This document shows, one piece after another, positions 36,063-48,049 of a stretch of 64,000 bases of DNA. Location of the stretch: positions 1,245,749 to 1,309,748 of the forward strand of contig RDEW01000014.1 of the NCBI GenBank assembly GCA_011109175.1. Reading direction: 5' to 3'. The position numbers and the translations under genes are program-made. The stretch is from Dicyema japonicum (lineage: Eukaryota; Animalia; Dicyemida). The notes beneath the pieces were generated by a model. It saw nothing but the letters and a program-made list of their open reading frames with translations, had not been told where the DNA came from and searched no databases. Position 1 is the first letter of the stretch; every line of letters begins with the position of its first letter.

Positions 36063-38859
36063 AACTGCACGCTGACTATTCTACAATTAAATGTAATTGG
36101 AATCCTTAATAAAGTTTAGGAATTACGATCCCTCTTACCCCATTTGAGAGTGAATATTGCCCTCATTCAAGAATCGAAGCTCTTTATAAAGTCCCCAATA
36201 CCTTGTTTTCCTGGATATTGTGTACTTCGCAAGGACCGAACAAGAAGTTTCAGAGGAAAACTATTATTGACTATCGTTATGGATGGACTTAAATAAACGA
36301 ATGTCATCCCTTTTGTATCTTCTCTCAGCGAAGGGGATTTTATTCTGGAACAGATTTCTATTGAAGTTCCCTTTTCTTCGACGAGATGTTTTACACTGTG
36401 TAATGTCTATATCCCGCCTCAGGGGTCATGTACTACTTCCTACATCCCCAACCTATTGAGACTGTGTGGACTAAAGGATCTGTTACTATGCGGAGACTTA
36501 AATGCCAAACATCCACTCTGGGTCCGGACACAATCAGCCGACAGTCGCGGCGACTACATCCTTTCCATACTTAATGATTTGACTATCCTCAATGACCCGG
36601 ACACCCACACAAGGACCCCGTCCCGCAGAAGGGACACTCCAACATCCCCGGACCTGTCCCTCTGCTCTCCTTCTATGGCTGGATGTATTTCATGGAATGT
36701 TCGTTATGGTTTCTCAAGCGACCATAACCCCATTGTGTTGAGACTTAGAAGGTCTATTTGTTCACCGTGTTGATCTACAGTTCAAAAATTACTTGAAAGT
36801 TGACTAACAAGGTTTCAGGACGTATGTGGACAATAGTCTCCTTGACCTTACTATGGTTAATTGTAAAGTAGAGAAGACGGCCAAGATTCTGTCTGCTATC
36901 ATTTTGAAAGCTGATAAACTAATTATATCTGTCGCCTCTTACAAGAAGTTCAATCCAAGAATATCATTGCAAAGTGTGTCACTCATCAAGAAACGAGATG
37001 TGCTGAAGAGGAAAAAAACGCAGACAAATAACTCCTTCTACTCCATACGTTCACTGAATACCAAATTATCTGAGTTATCCGAACTAACAACATACTCAAA
37101 TGGAGCCGCCTAGTTGGACGACTATGTCACAAAAACTCTTGTGCCACATTTTGGAAAACGCTAAGAAGGATCAATAACCCTATCAATGAGAAAGACCGCG
37201 GAACTGAGGCCGTTAATTGGAACGCTTCGGAACCCTCACGCGAACACGATTATGAAGTACTACGTATCGATCAGCCGTAAAGATTTTTCTCGGGCCGCAA
37301 CAAGAACCGTATTCCACCTTCTTCACCTCCCATGATGTTGACAAGACTATTAAATTGCTACGCCCCACTCGTGCTTGTGGTTCCGACGGTATTTGTACTA
37401 TTCATCTCAAACACCTTGGACCTCAGTCACGGGCCATACTATCTAGGCTGTACAGCGACTCTATCAACTACCATACGCTACCTAATATATGGAAGAACTC
37501 CTTGAATACGCCAATTCTAAAGCCTGGAAAAGCAAAAGACGTTCCCTCTTCTTACCGCCCCGTCTAAATAACTTGTGTTTTATCAAAATTGCTGGAAAAG
37601 CTTGTATTAATGCGTATCTCTCATGTTCTACATCTACCAGTATTTCAACATGGTTTCAGAACAGACAGTTCTACAACGACTCATTTGGGTTCTATCTCCC
37701 AGTTTATTACTGATGGCTTCAACATGAGAACACACTTACGGACGGCCTTAGTATCCATCGATATACAGAAGGCCTTTGATTCTGTTACGAGAAAACTCCT
37801 AACGCAAAAGATTTTTAATTCCAACTTACATCCGAACATCAAGCTATGGCTGCAGAATTTCTTAACTGGGCGACGCGGAATGGTCCGGATTAACAAAACA
37901 ACTTCAAAATCAAGATTACCCCCCAATGGGGTCCCGCAAGGCTCCCCTCTGTCTCCTCTCTTATTTAACTTACTTCTACACGATTTACTTACTATCAATG
38001 ATCAGGACACCATGTTTTTATCTTATGCGGACGACTTTATTATCGCTGCAAGGGACAAATCTCCCTCCAGGGCTGTGGCGGTGGTTCAGTCACACTTCAA
38101 CCAGATGTGTGACTGGCTATCCATAAATTTGCTGTCTGTGTCTGCATCCAAGTCTCAGTTCACGCTATTTACTACGGACAGAAAATTTAAAGGTAGGCTT
38201 GAAATATTCTCCGGAAACATTCCCATCCTTTATACACGAATCCAGAAAATACTTGGAGCAACTTTCGACTATCTGATGACGTTTGCCAGTCACACGGAGG
38301 AGGTGTTAACCAAGGGTCTTCGAAAATGGAACGTCCAAAAAGCCATCGTAAAAAAGAGCCCCTTCCCTCCTACTGCTTGTATCAGCGAAGTATATCTCCA
38401 AATTATTGCGCCGACGATTGAATATGCCTGTTCTGCCTGGAGATTCGCCATTCCTTCTACGAAGGTGGAGCGTGTGAATTCTATCAGACGGAAGATAATG
38501 GGGCACATACAATCAGACTCCACATCCGTCCCCAGTCTGCTTTTAGAGGAGGCGACGGTGAGAAATGGCCAGGGTTTCTTACGTTTTTGCAAGGAACTGG
38601 AAAACCCATTCAAGGAAAAGTTGGCCCAATTCGGTAGGAATTTCGGTCGGTTATAAAAAAGTGCACGCCAATTAAATTCCTTTGCAAAAGAAAAAGAAGG
38701 CGTTTCCGGAATGCGGTTGGGTCGGAACTGAGGCCGTTACTTGGGTCATCAGAAGATTAGATGAAGAGAGTTCGGATGTTGTTGGAGGCTGAAATCACCT
38801 AATTAGTTAGTTTTGACCTATCTTTTTTGGTGGTCTTGGGGTTAAACAATTAAATTCGG

Positions 38860-39110
38860 GTAAACCTAGCGCGCCTTCGCTCCGGTCATCATGTGGATGT
38901 GATCGCCTACCTGTAAAAAACCAGGCAGTCGTCACTTTGCCCTTCATGTAAACTTGATGACCAGGGGACAGATCACCAATTTCATGCACTTTGCCATTTT
39001 CTGTGTAATCCCTAAACGAGATCAACCTTTTTGGATCTCTGGAAACGTCCGTCATTGGTAGTTACGTTTTTGTTAGCCACCGGGTTCCTTCACTTGAAGG
39101 GAGCGGGGGT
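38860..39110 (-). mobile_element. Possible LTR-retrotransposon (Ty3/Gypsy-like) integrase C-terminal fragment
   Basis: DLSPGHQVYMKGKVTTAWFFTGR resembles the post-integrase L.PGQ.V....W..G segment. Confidence 0.3.
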
Positions 39111-39287
39111 GAATAAATGATCAGCTGTAGAATCAGTTCAATTGGATTTCTGTGTAAGAATTAAATAGAAACAAAGTTATTGATATATTAGTGAATTATA
39201 TATTAATTTTCTTGACTTTCCTCTGACTTTTTAAATTGCATCAAATGTTTATCAATTCTAGTTTTATCCTTGACAGAGACGTAGTTT

Positions 39288-40788
39288 TCATATAAATATT
39301 GTTGATTCTAATTCTCTAATATCAAATTACCTTAACGCACTCAAAAATATTTTTTATATCATCATTACTGAGCTCAATGTCCTCCACAACAGACCATCCC
39401 CCGTTCTGGGAAAAAACAACAGGAAAATTAAAAACAATATTTTCAGGGACCTCAAACCACCCTAGCATTCAAAAAAATTATACCTTGGGAAATAATCCCA
39501 ATCGAATAAATGTTCCCGTCTCCTGAGCACAGCCACTGTTCCAAAATGTTAAGGATTTTATTAACGTGGGCCAAAGCACCTGATTTATTGCAAACTAGGT
39601 TAGAAATGTCGCTATCATCGACCAACGATGTTTCAATCCACTTAAATTAACCCAGCCATACGTTTTGATCATACAAAACATCCTTCAAAGGTCTTCTAAA
39701 GTCATTCGTTGACTTTTGGATAGCTCCATCAGAATTCAATACTTTACAGTACTTGTAGCTGATGTAGAAATAGTTGTAAAAGTTACCCCAGTATAAGAGG
39801 TCACTCACATTGGCGACTGGTACTTGGATCTTTTTTGCAATCTTATTACGAATCTTTTAAATAAAAATAAAAACTTTAATGTCTGCATTTCCGTTTATAG
39901 TGATAACGTTTGACCAGTAAAAGTAGCCATTGCTTGAGGAATAAAATATTTGGGCAAATAAATGAACATCACCGTCAATTCCACAGAAAACATACTTTGT
40001 TGTCATTTTACAACATTTTTTACACAACATTGAGTATAATTCACACAGTTCCTTGCTGAATCCACCGACAAAAAATACAATGTCACTTCCAACTAAAACG
40101 TCATCAAGCTTGGTAGAGGTTAAGACTTTCCTTAAAGAGTCAAACCCAACATTTTCCAGGTCCTCTATTTTTTTCAATATTTCATCTTGTTCATCATAAA
40201 CATTTAGTTGGACATCCTTTCCTTTACATATTTTGGAGGACAAAAGTTCTTGGGCCAAAAACAGGCCTCCCTGGCTTCCTACATCCACAATTGTAATCAC
40301 GGTTGGGTTTATAGTTTCTTTTTCAATTTTATACTAAAAATATAATTTTGAGACAACCTTTCTATCAGTCTCCAACTTCCATTCTAAATTTTCTTGGGCA
40401 ATAAGCTTTATTCTTTCAGTACAGAGTGTACATTTAACATTATAATATTCGTGTGCATATTCTTGGAAATCGTTTATTCTAAAAATATATTTAATTCATT
40501 TTAAATATTTAATAATAAATTACCCGCCAATTAAAATTATTTTTCCACCAGTATTTATTAACTCTCTGTATATTAGTGGAGAATGTTTATGACTCCATTT
40601 ATTATCAGAACATATTTGAGTTAACCATTCCTAATTTAATAAACAAAATTATGTACATCCCATTGAGATTGTAATTTCTGTACTTTAGTGATATGAAAGT
40701 CATCAAAGTTTGCTTTCAAATAGTCCCCTATATTTTCTGCAATCGTATAAAACGGACAATCTGCAATTCCTATTAAGTTATATTTCAT
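39288..40788 (-). CDS. MDH1B: Malate dehydrogenase 1B-like protein
   Basis: Spliced N-terminus MKYNLIGIADCPFY...WLTQICSDNKWSHKHSPLIYRELINTGGK...GG.NDFQEYA..YY...IAQENL matches the MDH1B-specific extension; later WGNFY, SIGIISQGWFEVP.NIVFNFPV. 3' end approximate. Confidence 0.88.
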
Positions 40789-40959
40789 TAATTACCACAA
40801 ATTACCAATTTTGCCATTACTTAGTTATAAATTTTTATTTTTTAATATATAAAATGAAAAACAAAAAATAATTACTTCATTTATTTTTTAATATATAAAA
40901 TGAAAAACAAAAAATAATTACTTCATTTGGTTTTTAATATATAAAATAAACGTTAAGAG

Positions 40960-42055
40960 CGAATTAATACTCCTTCAGTTCCTTAAAAGTTTGGAAAAGC
41001 AGTCGACTGTTTGTTTGCGAAGGTCGGGGATTCTGCGAGTAATAAAAACAAAAAATAGCACTTGGCTACAATCGCAGGATATCTTGCCTCTAAATATGCA
41101 ATTGCCGACAGGGAAAGCATAGATATTAAGTCCCTCAAGGACACTCAGAGGAAATATTTGTTAAATAAAATTTATTGCAGAACACTACACTCTATTTTGT
41201 TCAAATGTATTGATGAAACAATTGTCGATCTATCTACTTCCTCGGAATGGTTATCCAAGAAAAATAACGGCTCACTGAACGAAGCATTGTACTGTCTTTT
41301 GTAAGATAGGAATTTGTTTTTTGCACACACGGGGTCATTATGCAACTATTGTAAAAAAGCAGAACAACTGTTGATCATTTGGCCACTCAATGTGGTAAAA
41401 TGCTAAACTAAGTGGTAAAGTGCATCCATCTTCATCTTTGTCGAATTTATGGAATCAAAAGAAGCAGGAAATTGAAAGGACATTCGGTTCAATCAATATT
41501 GACGAATCAAAATGTCGAAATCAGAGTTGACATGTCAATTATGACAGAAACAAAAGTCCAATTCAACAAACCTGATATTTTTGATTACAACAAAATAAAG
41601 AAGAAAGTAACCTTAGTCAAAGTGGTCATTACCTCACAAGAACGACGACTAAAGCAAGTTGAAGTTGAGAAACTTCACAAACATGAATTGCTTTCAAACG
41701 AACTTTCGATGCTCTATGAATGCAAGTAAAGATTATTCCAGTGGTTTTGACATAAGTAGTTTTGACATGGAGCTGTGTCAAGATGCTTCAAAAATCATAT
41801 GGATAAATTATCTATTAAAGAATCAACGAGGACTTACATCCAATTGATTGTTTTGAAGAGAACGCTCGAAAGTATGCTCATTGAACAAAAGCATGGGATA
41901 CCCCTCTGCTACCTCCAAACTTTTGGAACTGGTATGCCGTGAGGACAACCCACTGGTCTCTAACGGAGATATTTCGACTGAATCTGATGTGGAGATGGGG
42001 AGTAACAGGGAGTTTATGGCACACTCTTCTTCTAAGAGAAAAAGTGGGATCGAGG
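40960..42055 (+). mobile_element. R4/Dong-like RLE non-LTR element, 3' fragment
   Basis: CCHC remnant, VVKCIHLHLC, FNKPDIF...VEVEKLHK (PD-(D/E)xK endonuclease). Confidence 0.8.
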
Positions 42056-42059
42056 GTGG

Positions 42060-42685
42060 AGTATTGGGCCAAGTTGTCCAGATATCACGCTTTACTCTCC
42101 AGCCTTTTAATGTCATGAATGATCCATCAAAACACATGAGAACATCAATCATGGAGTCAGACCCACTCCTGAAATTTGGAAGACCATTCGAGACGTTTCA
42201 AGTGAGGGTGAAAGATCATCCGAGATGGATCACAACCAAAAGGACCATAAGAAGTCGGATGTACCCCCGATATATCTCAGCAAGCCGAAAAAGAAACTGG
42301 ATATGCTCTACTGACTGAAAACGAGATAAATGTATTGAAAGCCATTAAAACAACCTATTCTAACGGACCTGATAAGATCCCAATGATCCTCCTAATGAAT
42401 CTTGGGGACTATAGAATCGCTGCATTAACGAATATATTAAACCACTCTATTAACAAGAATTATATTATAGTCTTATGGGAGCTTTCCCACTTATGTACAA
42501 TTTTGAAACACGGAAAAGTCAAGGATCCTGCTACATACAGACCTGTATCGTTATTGTGCTCGTTTTAGAAAATCCTAGAAAAGCTGGTTCTTGAAAAAAT
42601 CAATAATTTTCTCCGGGACATGTCATTTCAACGTGGTTTCAAAACGGATAGGTATACTTCAACCCATTTATCTGCATTGACTAGC
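42060..42685 (+). mobile_element. Vingi-like LINE internal fragment (APE end to RT start)
   Basis: SNGPDKIP...KDPATYRPVSLLC...FQRGFKTD. Confidence 0.7.
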
Positions 42686-42804
42686 TAGACGTGCTTGTGT
42701 GGGAACGAAGTTACAAATTATTACGAACTTTATATTAGTTCTCCAGATTCCTCTGGTTTGATGCTGCCTCGTATTTGATTTAATTAATAAAATGTTTCTT
42801 ACGT

Positions 42805-43825
42805 TATTATTTTTTCGGGTCTCAGCCTTTTCCCAAGCTGACCGTGGGTGAGTTGTTGTCATAGCAAGGTTGGAAGGAGAGAGGTCATCAGGACAGGTGG
42901 CGTCCCAGGGGAGATATCTACCACTTTCCCAGCACATGTGGCGTCCCAAAATTTATTCCGTAAGGATCTTCCTGGACACTGAGNACGTTATTATTTTTTA
43001 GGGTCTCAGCCTTTTCCCAAGCTGACCGTGGGTGAGTTGTTGTCATAGCAAGGTTGGAAGGAGAGAGGTCATCAGGACAAGTAGCGTCCCAGGGGAGATA
43101 TCTACCACTTTCCCAGCACATGTGGCGTCCCAAAATTTATTCCGTAAGGATCTTCCTGGACACTGAGTCAAAAATCTTCTCTATATTTACTGAACCAGCA
43201 CGCTTTTCAGTTTTGATATCCTTTTAGTTCCGTCCACTAATTGTCTTATGTCTTCAGATTATTTCTCGTTGGATTAGTTCTCTCGTTTCAGCATCAATTG
43301 GATGTGATGGACGTTCAGGGAGACTCATGAATATTTTGCGAGCTCGGAATATAATCTAGATATTTGCTTGATAAAACGTGTGAAAGCGGGCCATAATGCT
43401 AGTGAAAAGTTAACCTTAATTCTAGGGAATGACGGTGGAGGGGATATTTACATATTAACAACTGTCAATCGGAGAGAAAGTAGGCGGATTCTCAGAGTTA
43501 GTTGTTCCAGCGTGTCGTCTTAGGGGGAAGGATCAATATATGGTTCCTGATTGGCGTAATAAGGCCTCCTCTCCCTCCATGGCTTCTATCTAGCCTGAAA
43601 ACTAAGTATCCTGGAAAGTTGGAGGTTGGCCGCCGTGGTTTTAGTTTTGCCTCTTGGAAAAGAGCTATATCCACTGAATGTTTGACTAGAAAGCGTTGTC
43701 CTCGACGTCTCAGCAAGAAAAAAGCAGGATCCGACACCATCAGCGCCTCCATGGTTGCGTGATAGTGAGTTTGAAACACTTCAAGTGAGGGATGCCACCA
43801 CGTAGATGAGTCACGCAACATCAAA
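42805..43825 (-). mobile_element. Internally deleted Vingi-like element with 5' HDV-like fold and 3' (TAA)n tail
   Basis: APE start (ALFQEAKL, FPGYLVFRLDR..GRGGLIT), a short RT piece (EKIFDSVSRKIL), then a C-terminal piece and tail; the 3' part is duplicated across n at 42984. Confidence 0.7.
43754..43823 (-). ncRNA. Candidate HDV-like ribozyme at LINE 5' end
   Basis: P1 GATGTT/GGCATC, P2 GCGTGA/TCACGC, L3-like TCTACGT followed by GGT, P4 TTGAA/TTCAA, J4/2 with CTA; P3 imperfect. Confidence 0.45.
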
Positions 43826-43869
43826 TTAAATTAAGGATTTCATTAATAATGATAACACCAGAAGACCNT

Positions 43870-44230
43870 AATAAATTCTTTCATATATTTGGAAATGTAG
43901 GAATTGATAGAATAGTTGCATAACCTAGATAAAACGATCTGTGTCTGAGGTCCTAAGCACAGGCACTGTCAGGGTCACAGGCACGGGTGAGGCGTAGTAA
44001 TTTAATAGACTTGTCCACATCATGAGGACTGAAGAAGGTAGTATATGGTTTCTGTTGTGGACCACATCATTTGATAGATCGACACATAATATTACATAAG
44101 ATTGTATGCAAGTTTCTGTGCGGATTCTAAGGCACTACGAGTAATGACTTTTACGGAGATGATGTAGAAATTAACATTATGTCGGTTTTCAGAATTACTG
44201 AAGTTAATATCTTGGATACCTTGTCAATTT
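43870..44230 (-). mobile_element. Vingi-like RT N-terminal remnant
   Basis: LLRLTRACDPDSAC...IPTFPNI resembles 37355-37567. Confidence 0.5.
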
Positions 44231-44569
44231 AAAAGTTTTCAAAAGCGAATAAGTAAATGATTGTTTATATGAGCGCTAAAACCAATCCAATCAGTCTTCG
44301 AACTTTGTAGAAAACCATGAGAAACAAATAGGTCTTTTGAGCCTTTAACACAATTGGGTTATAGTCGCTTGAAAAACAATGGTTAACAGTACACCCTTCT
44401 AAGAGGAGAAATATAAATTCAACAATGTTTAAATTATAGTTTAATAATTAATAAAGTTTTATTAATTATTATCTATTTTTAAAATAATACTTCATTGTGT
44501 TCTTTCGTTGTAAGTCATTAACAATTATTTTTGCTATAATATTGATTTTAATAATGAATATTAGATTAA

Positions 44570-46007
44570 ATGCCTCAAGTATCTAAGAAAGAAGCCGAAG
44601 GTAAACAATCTTTCAGCATTTCTAGAATATTTGGAAAAGGCAAGCTTTCGGAAGCCAAAGAAGAAGCGAACCCGATTTGGTGGATCTTCCAAAGTAGTAC
44701 TCCCTGGACTGCCGACTGCTATATCGTCCTCCCTCACTGAGGATCAACTCCAGGTCTACCTACGTTTGTCACATACTAATTTGTTCAGTACAAGTACAAA
44801 TCGAGGACTACACTCGTAGGATTAGAGAGGAGGACATTGGCTCAGCTAACGTGCCAATCGAAGACCGTATAAAATACAAGTACTTATTTTTTATCAGTCA
44901 GTCGAGTTCGATCCCCTTCTCCTGAACCAATTTATGACTGTGAGGGGAAACGGGTGAACACCAGGCAGTATCGTGCCCGAAGGAAGCTTGAGGAGAAGAG
45001 GGGGGAACTTATCGACTCTATGCTCAAACTGAACCCTGCATACACACCCCCTACAGATTACAGGTACCCTGCTGATTTCACAGAAGATTGTCTTCAGGGA
45101 AGATTACAGAAAAAGTCTTTATCCCCCAAGAGAACCACCCGGAGATAAACTTTGTGGGCTTGCTGATTGGTCCACGTGGGAACACCCTTAAGATGCTTGA
45201 ACGGGAGGTATCGGGGTTCCAACTACTTAGACCGGAGCCAGAATTATAATCAGGGGACAAGGGTCACTTAAGGACGGAAAACCATCAGGGTTTTCTCTTC
45301 CGGGGGAAGACGAGCCTCTGCATGCTTACATAACTGGGTGTACTGAGGAACAGGTCAAAAAAGCCCAAAATAGAGTATATTTGTAAATAACTTGTAGATT
45401 ATGCAGATTGTGAGGGAAGGGGTGGAACTGCCAGAGTCTGAGAACGACTTACGGAAGACTCAGCTGAGGGAATTGGCGTTACTGAATGGGACCCTTCAAG
45501 ATCCTCGTGGGATAGTGTATGATGTGTGAGTGACTGGTAGAGCGCTTAGACAGAGAGCGGAGGCTAATATGATCTTTACAAACACAGTAATGTGTTCTCG
45601 GTGTGGTGGATATGGACACATTACATCAGACTGTGTAGTGGATCTGTATGTTATTATTTTGAGACTGTAGGAGTACTATAAGTTCTTTAGAGAGGAATTT
45701 GGGTAAGGTAGATAACGAATACGTGGCCCTCCTTAATGAAATAGGACAACCTCTTCCAGCTCATCTACAAAACGCAGGGATGGTCCAGTATTCCGGACCT
45801 TCTGTAGTGATTGGTTATATTTGGTAGTCGTTTAACCCATATGAACAGCCTTTGATGTTGGGAGGTGCCCCACCCATGATGGGGATGGTCCCCCCAGCAT
45901 TTCAGACTGTGCATGTTCAGCCTGTAGTCGCTCAATTAGCCACAAGTATGCCACCTCCTCCACCTCCTGTTGGTGATGACTTGGATATTCCCTTACCACC
46001 TTCTTAA
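44570..46007 (+). CDS. SF1: Splicing factor 1 / branchpoint-binding protein
   Basis: [21 protein letters not shown] domain [18 protein letters not shown]2 [12 protein letters not shown], knuckle [14 protein letters not shown], Pro-rich tail; introns 44601-44625, 44764-44788, 45064-45083, 45208-45230, 45375-45397 and others. Confidence 0.95.
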
Positions 46008-46599
46008 CTTAATTAACTGTTAGTTTGGTTTATGTTCATTATTAGTATCTTTAGGTTATTTTTATTGGTTATGTAAATATGGGATTAAGAATAATTTATT
46101 AAGGTTATAAAAATAAGTTCGGGTTTAAAGGTAATAAATTATTTTTATAAAGGATGAGAATGAATTTTCAAATATTGGAGACTTGTCAATTGAAACATAA
46201 AAATAAAATAACAAGCAGTTAATTTTTTTAAATTAAGATTATCACAAAACCAAATCAAAAAGTAATTATTTTATTTTTGCCAACTTTATTGATGCGTAGT
46301 CGTTATGGGGACCAATTAAATAAGCCATTGCATTTCACGGTTATTATGGGTCTTGAGTGAGTCGATACCTCTGAGCTTCTTGAGGAAAATCAAGGACTTG
46401 CTGATATCTCTCCAGTGATCTCGGCAGCAATTGCCCGGAAAGTTAATTTTTTACTTGTTCAATTATTTATTAAATAAAAAAAGTCAGCTGAGGGTATACG
46501 GTGGCCGCCTTGACTACGTTGATATTTCATCTCACAAAGAAATCCTATTCTTTAACTCACGAATTACATCTTAGAAACCCAAGGGAAGAAGATTAGACA

Positions 46600-47060
46600 G
46601 ATCAGTTAAGCAACCGCAGCCTCACTAACTTGTAAAAGGCCAGCAGCTATTAAGTAGGACGCATCAGATTGTTGGTCGCTCCCATAGATCGGTCAGTCTT
46701 AACATTGTAGAGGAACATTGTGCCAATTCATTACATTCAAATAAGTAATTTGTTGTCAACATGTGGAGGTTGCAAAAGAGACAGAGTATATCGTATGTTG
46801 GTAGATATGAGTGGTGCCCACATCGTAGACGATCCAGGTTTACTCGGACGAACTTTGAAAGAAAGGATTCTGATTGGTCTATTGGAGGAGGGGGTCGCTG
46901 TAATATTTTATCGTCTCTGAGTCTTCGGATGCTTCTCGTAGAAACAAAATCGTGTATCTGTTTCAGACGACTCCTGTCATTGGGGTTGGAAGGAATGGAT
47001 GATAACATTGGAGACAGGTCACTGGTTGTCATAATAATTTTCCTTTTGTTTTGCGGCTTG
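46600..47060 (-). mobile_element. Ingi/Vingi-like LINE 3' fragment with Cys/His finger
   Basis: LDRLRCGHHSYLPTY...CLFCNLH...YLFEC...DLWERP in ORF 46664-47170. Confidence 0.75.
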
Positions 47061-47119
47061 CATAGGGAGTGGCCGGTTGGCATTAGTGTGCACGTATTAG
47101 TGTGCGTTTTTGCATCCAG

Positions 47120-47585
47120 CATATATTTGTACCTGTGTTTTTGTAGCAAGTTGAAGTTGAGAAACTTCACAAATATGACTTGCTAGCAAATGAACTTTCG
47201 CTGCTCTATGGATGCCAAGTAAAGATTATTCCAGTGGTTTTGACATGGGATGGAGCTGTGTCAAGATGCTTCAAGAATCATATGGATAAATTATCTATTG
47301 AAGAATCAACGAGGACTTACATCCAATCGGTTGTGCTGAAGGGAACGCTCGAAAGTATGCTCATTGAACATAAGCATAGGATGAGGGTATACCATGAAGA
47401 GTACGCCTCTGCTACCTCCCAACTTGTAAAACTGGCAAGCCGTGAGGACAGCCCACTGGACTCTAACGGAGATATTTTGACTGAATCTGATGTGGAGATG
47501 CGGAGTAACAGGGAGGTTATGGCACACTCTTCTTTTAAGAGAAGAAGAGGAATTACCAACAATCTGGAACAAAATACGGTTAATT
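47120..47585 (+). mobile_element. R4/Dong-like RLE 3' fragment
   Basis: VEKLHKYDLLANEL...KIIPVVLTWDG; same family as 40960 and 57080. Confidence 0.8.
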
Positions 47586-47679
47586 AGTTAATTTACTCGT
47601 TATTATATATTTTATTAATAAAATATATATTTATTATTTATATAATTTTAATTTACACGTTTATTTACATTTTTTGTTG

Positions 47680-47830
47680 TGAATGGTTATCAACCACGAA
47701 ACAAAATTAACGATTGCTAAATTGATATTGAAGAACAAATTATCTGAAAGACAGATGATTAAAAAATACAAAACTAGTAAAGGCGTGATTTCGCGAATAA
47801 AAAAAACAATTGTACCTTTTCTTGAACAAG
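47680..47830 (+). mobile_element. pogo-like HTH fragment
   Basis: ETKLTIAKLILKNKLSERQMIKKYKTSKGVISRIKK. Confidence 0.45.
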
Positions 47831-48049
47831 GAACTGATAACACGGATGAGGATCCTATGCCTTATTATGTCACAGGGGCTACGCGTTACATAATGCTCAA
47901 ATTTACAATTTCAACCATTTTTTATAAAGCTTTACACATGTCTTTCTCATTTATAATATTTAAAATTAAAAAAATTATAATTTAATTATTTTTGGAAGGC
48001 GCAACAGTTTTTAACTTTTAAATAGCACAATACAGGCGTGTTTTATAAA

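Larger units (their letters stand above)
35891..38850 (+). mobile_element. Full-length (~3 kb) single-ORF Vingi/Ingi-like LINE, degenerate
   Basis: 5' pseudoknot; 2A peptide; APE (QLNVIGI, IQESKL, CGDLNAKH, SSDHNP); RT 37589-38656 (IDIQKAFDSV, PQGSPLSP, YADD); ORF end EAEIT* at 38800; GGGGTTA tail; no RNase H. Confidence 0.88.

Noticed and set aside
42805-43165. ~175-bp tandem unit with CTCAG/CTGAG ends (MITE- or CRISPR-like)
   Set aside because: The duplication straddles n at 42984; it is a LINE 3' end with no spacers, and the context is eukaryotic.
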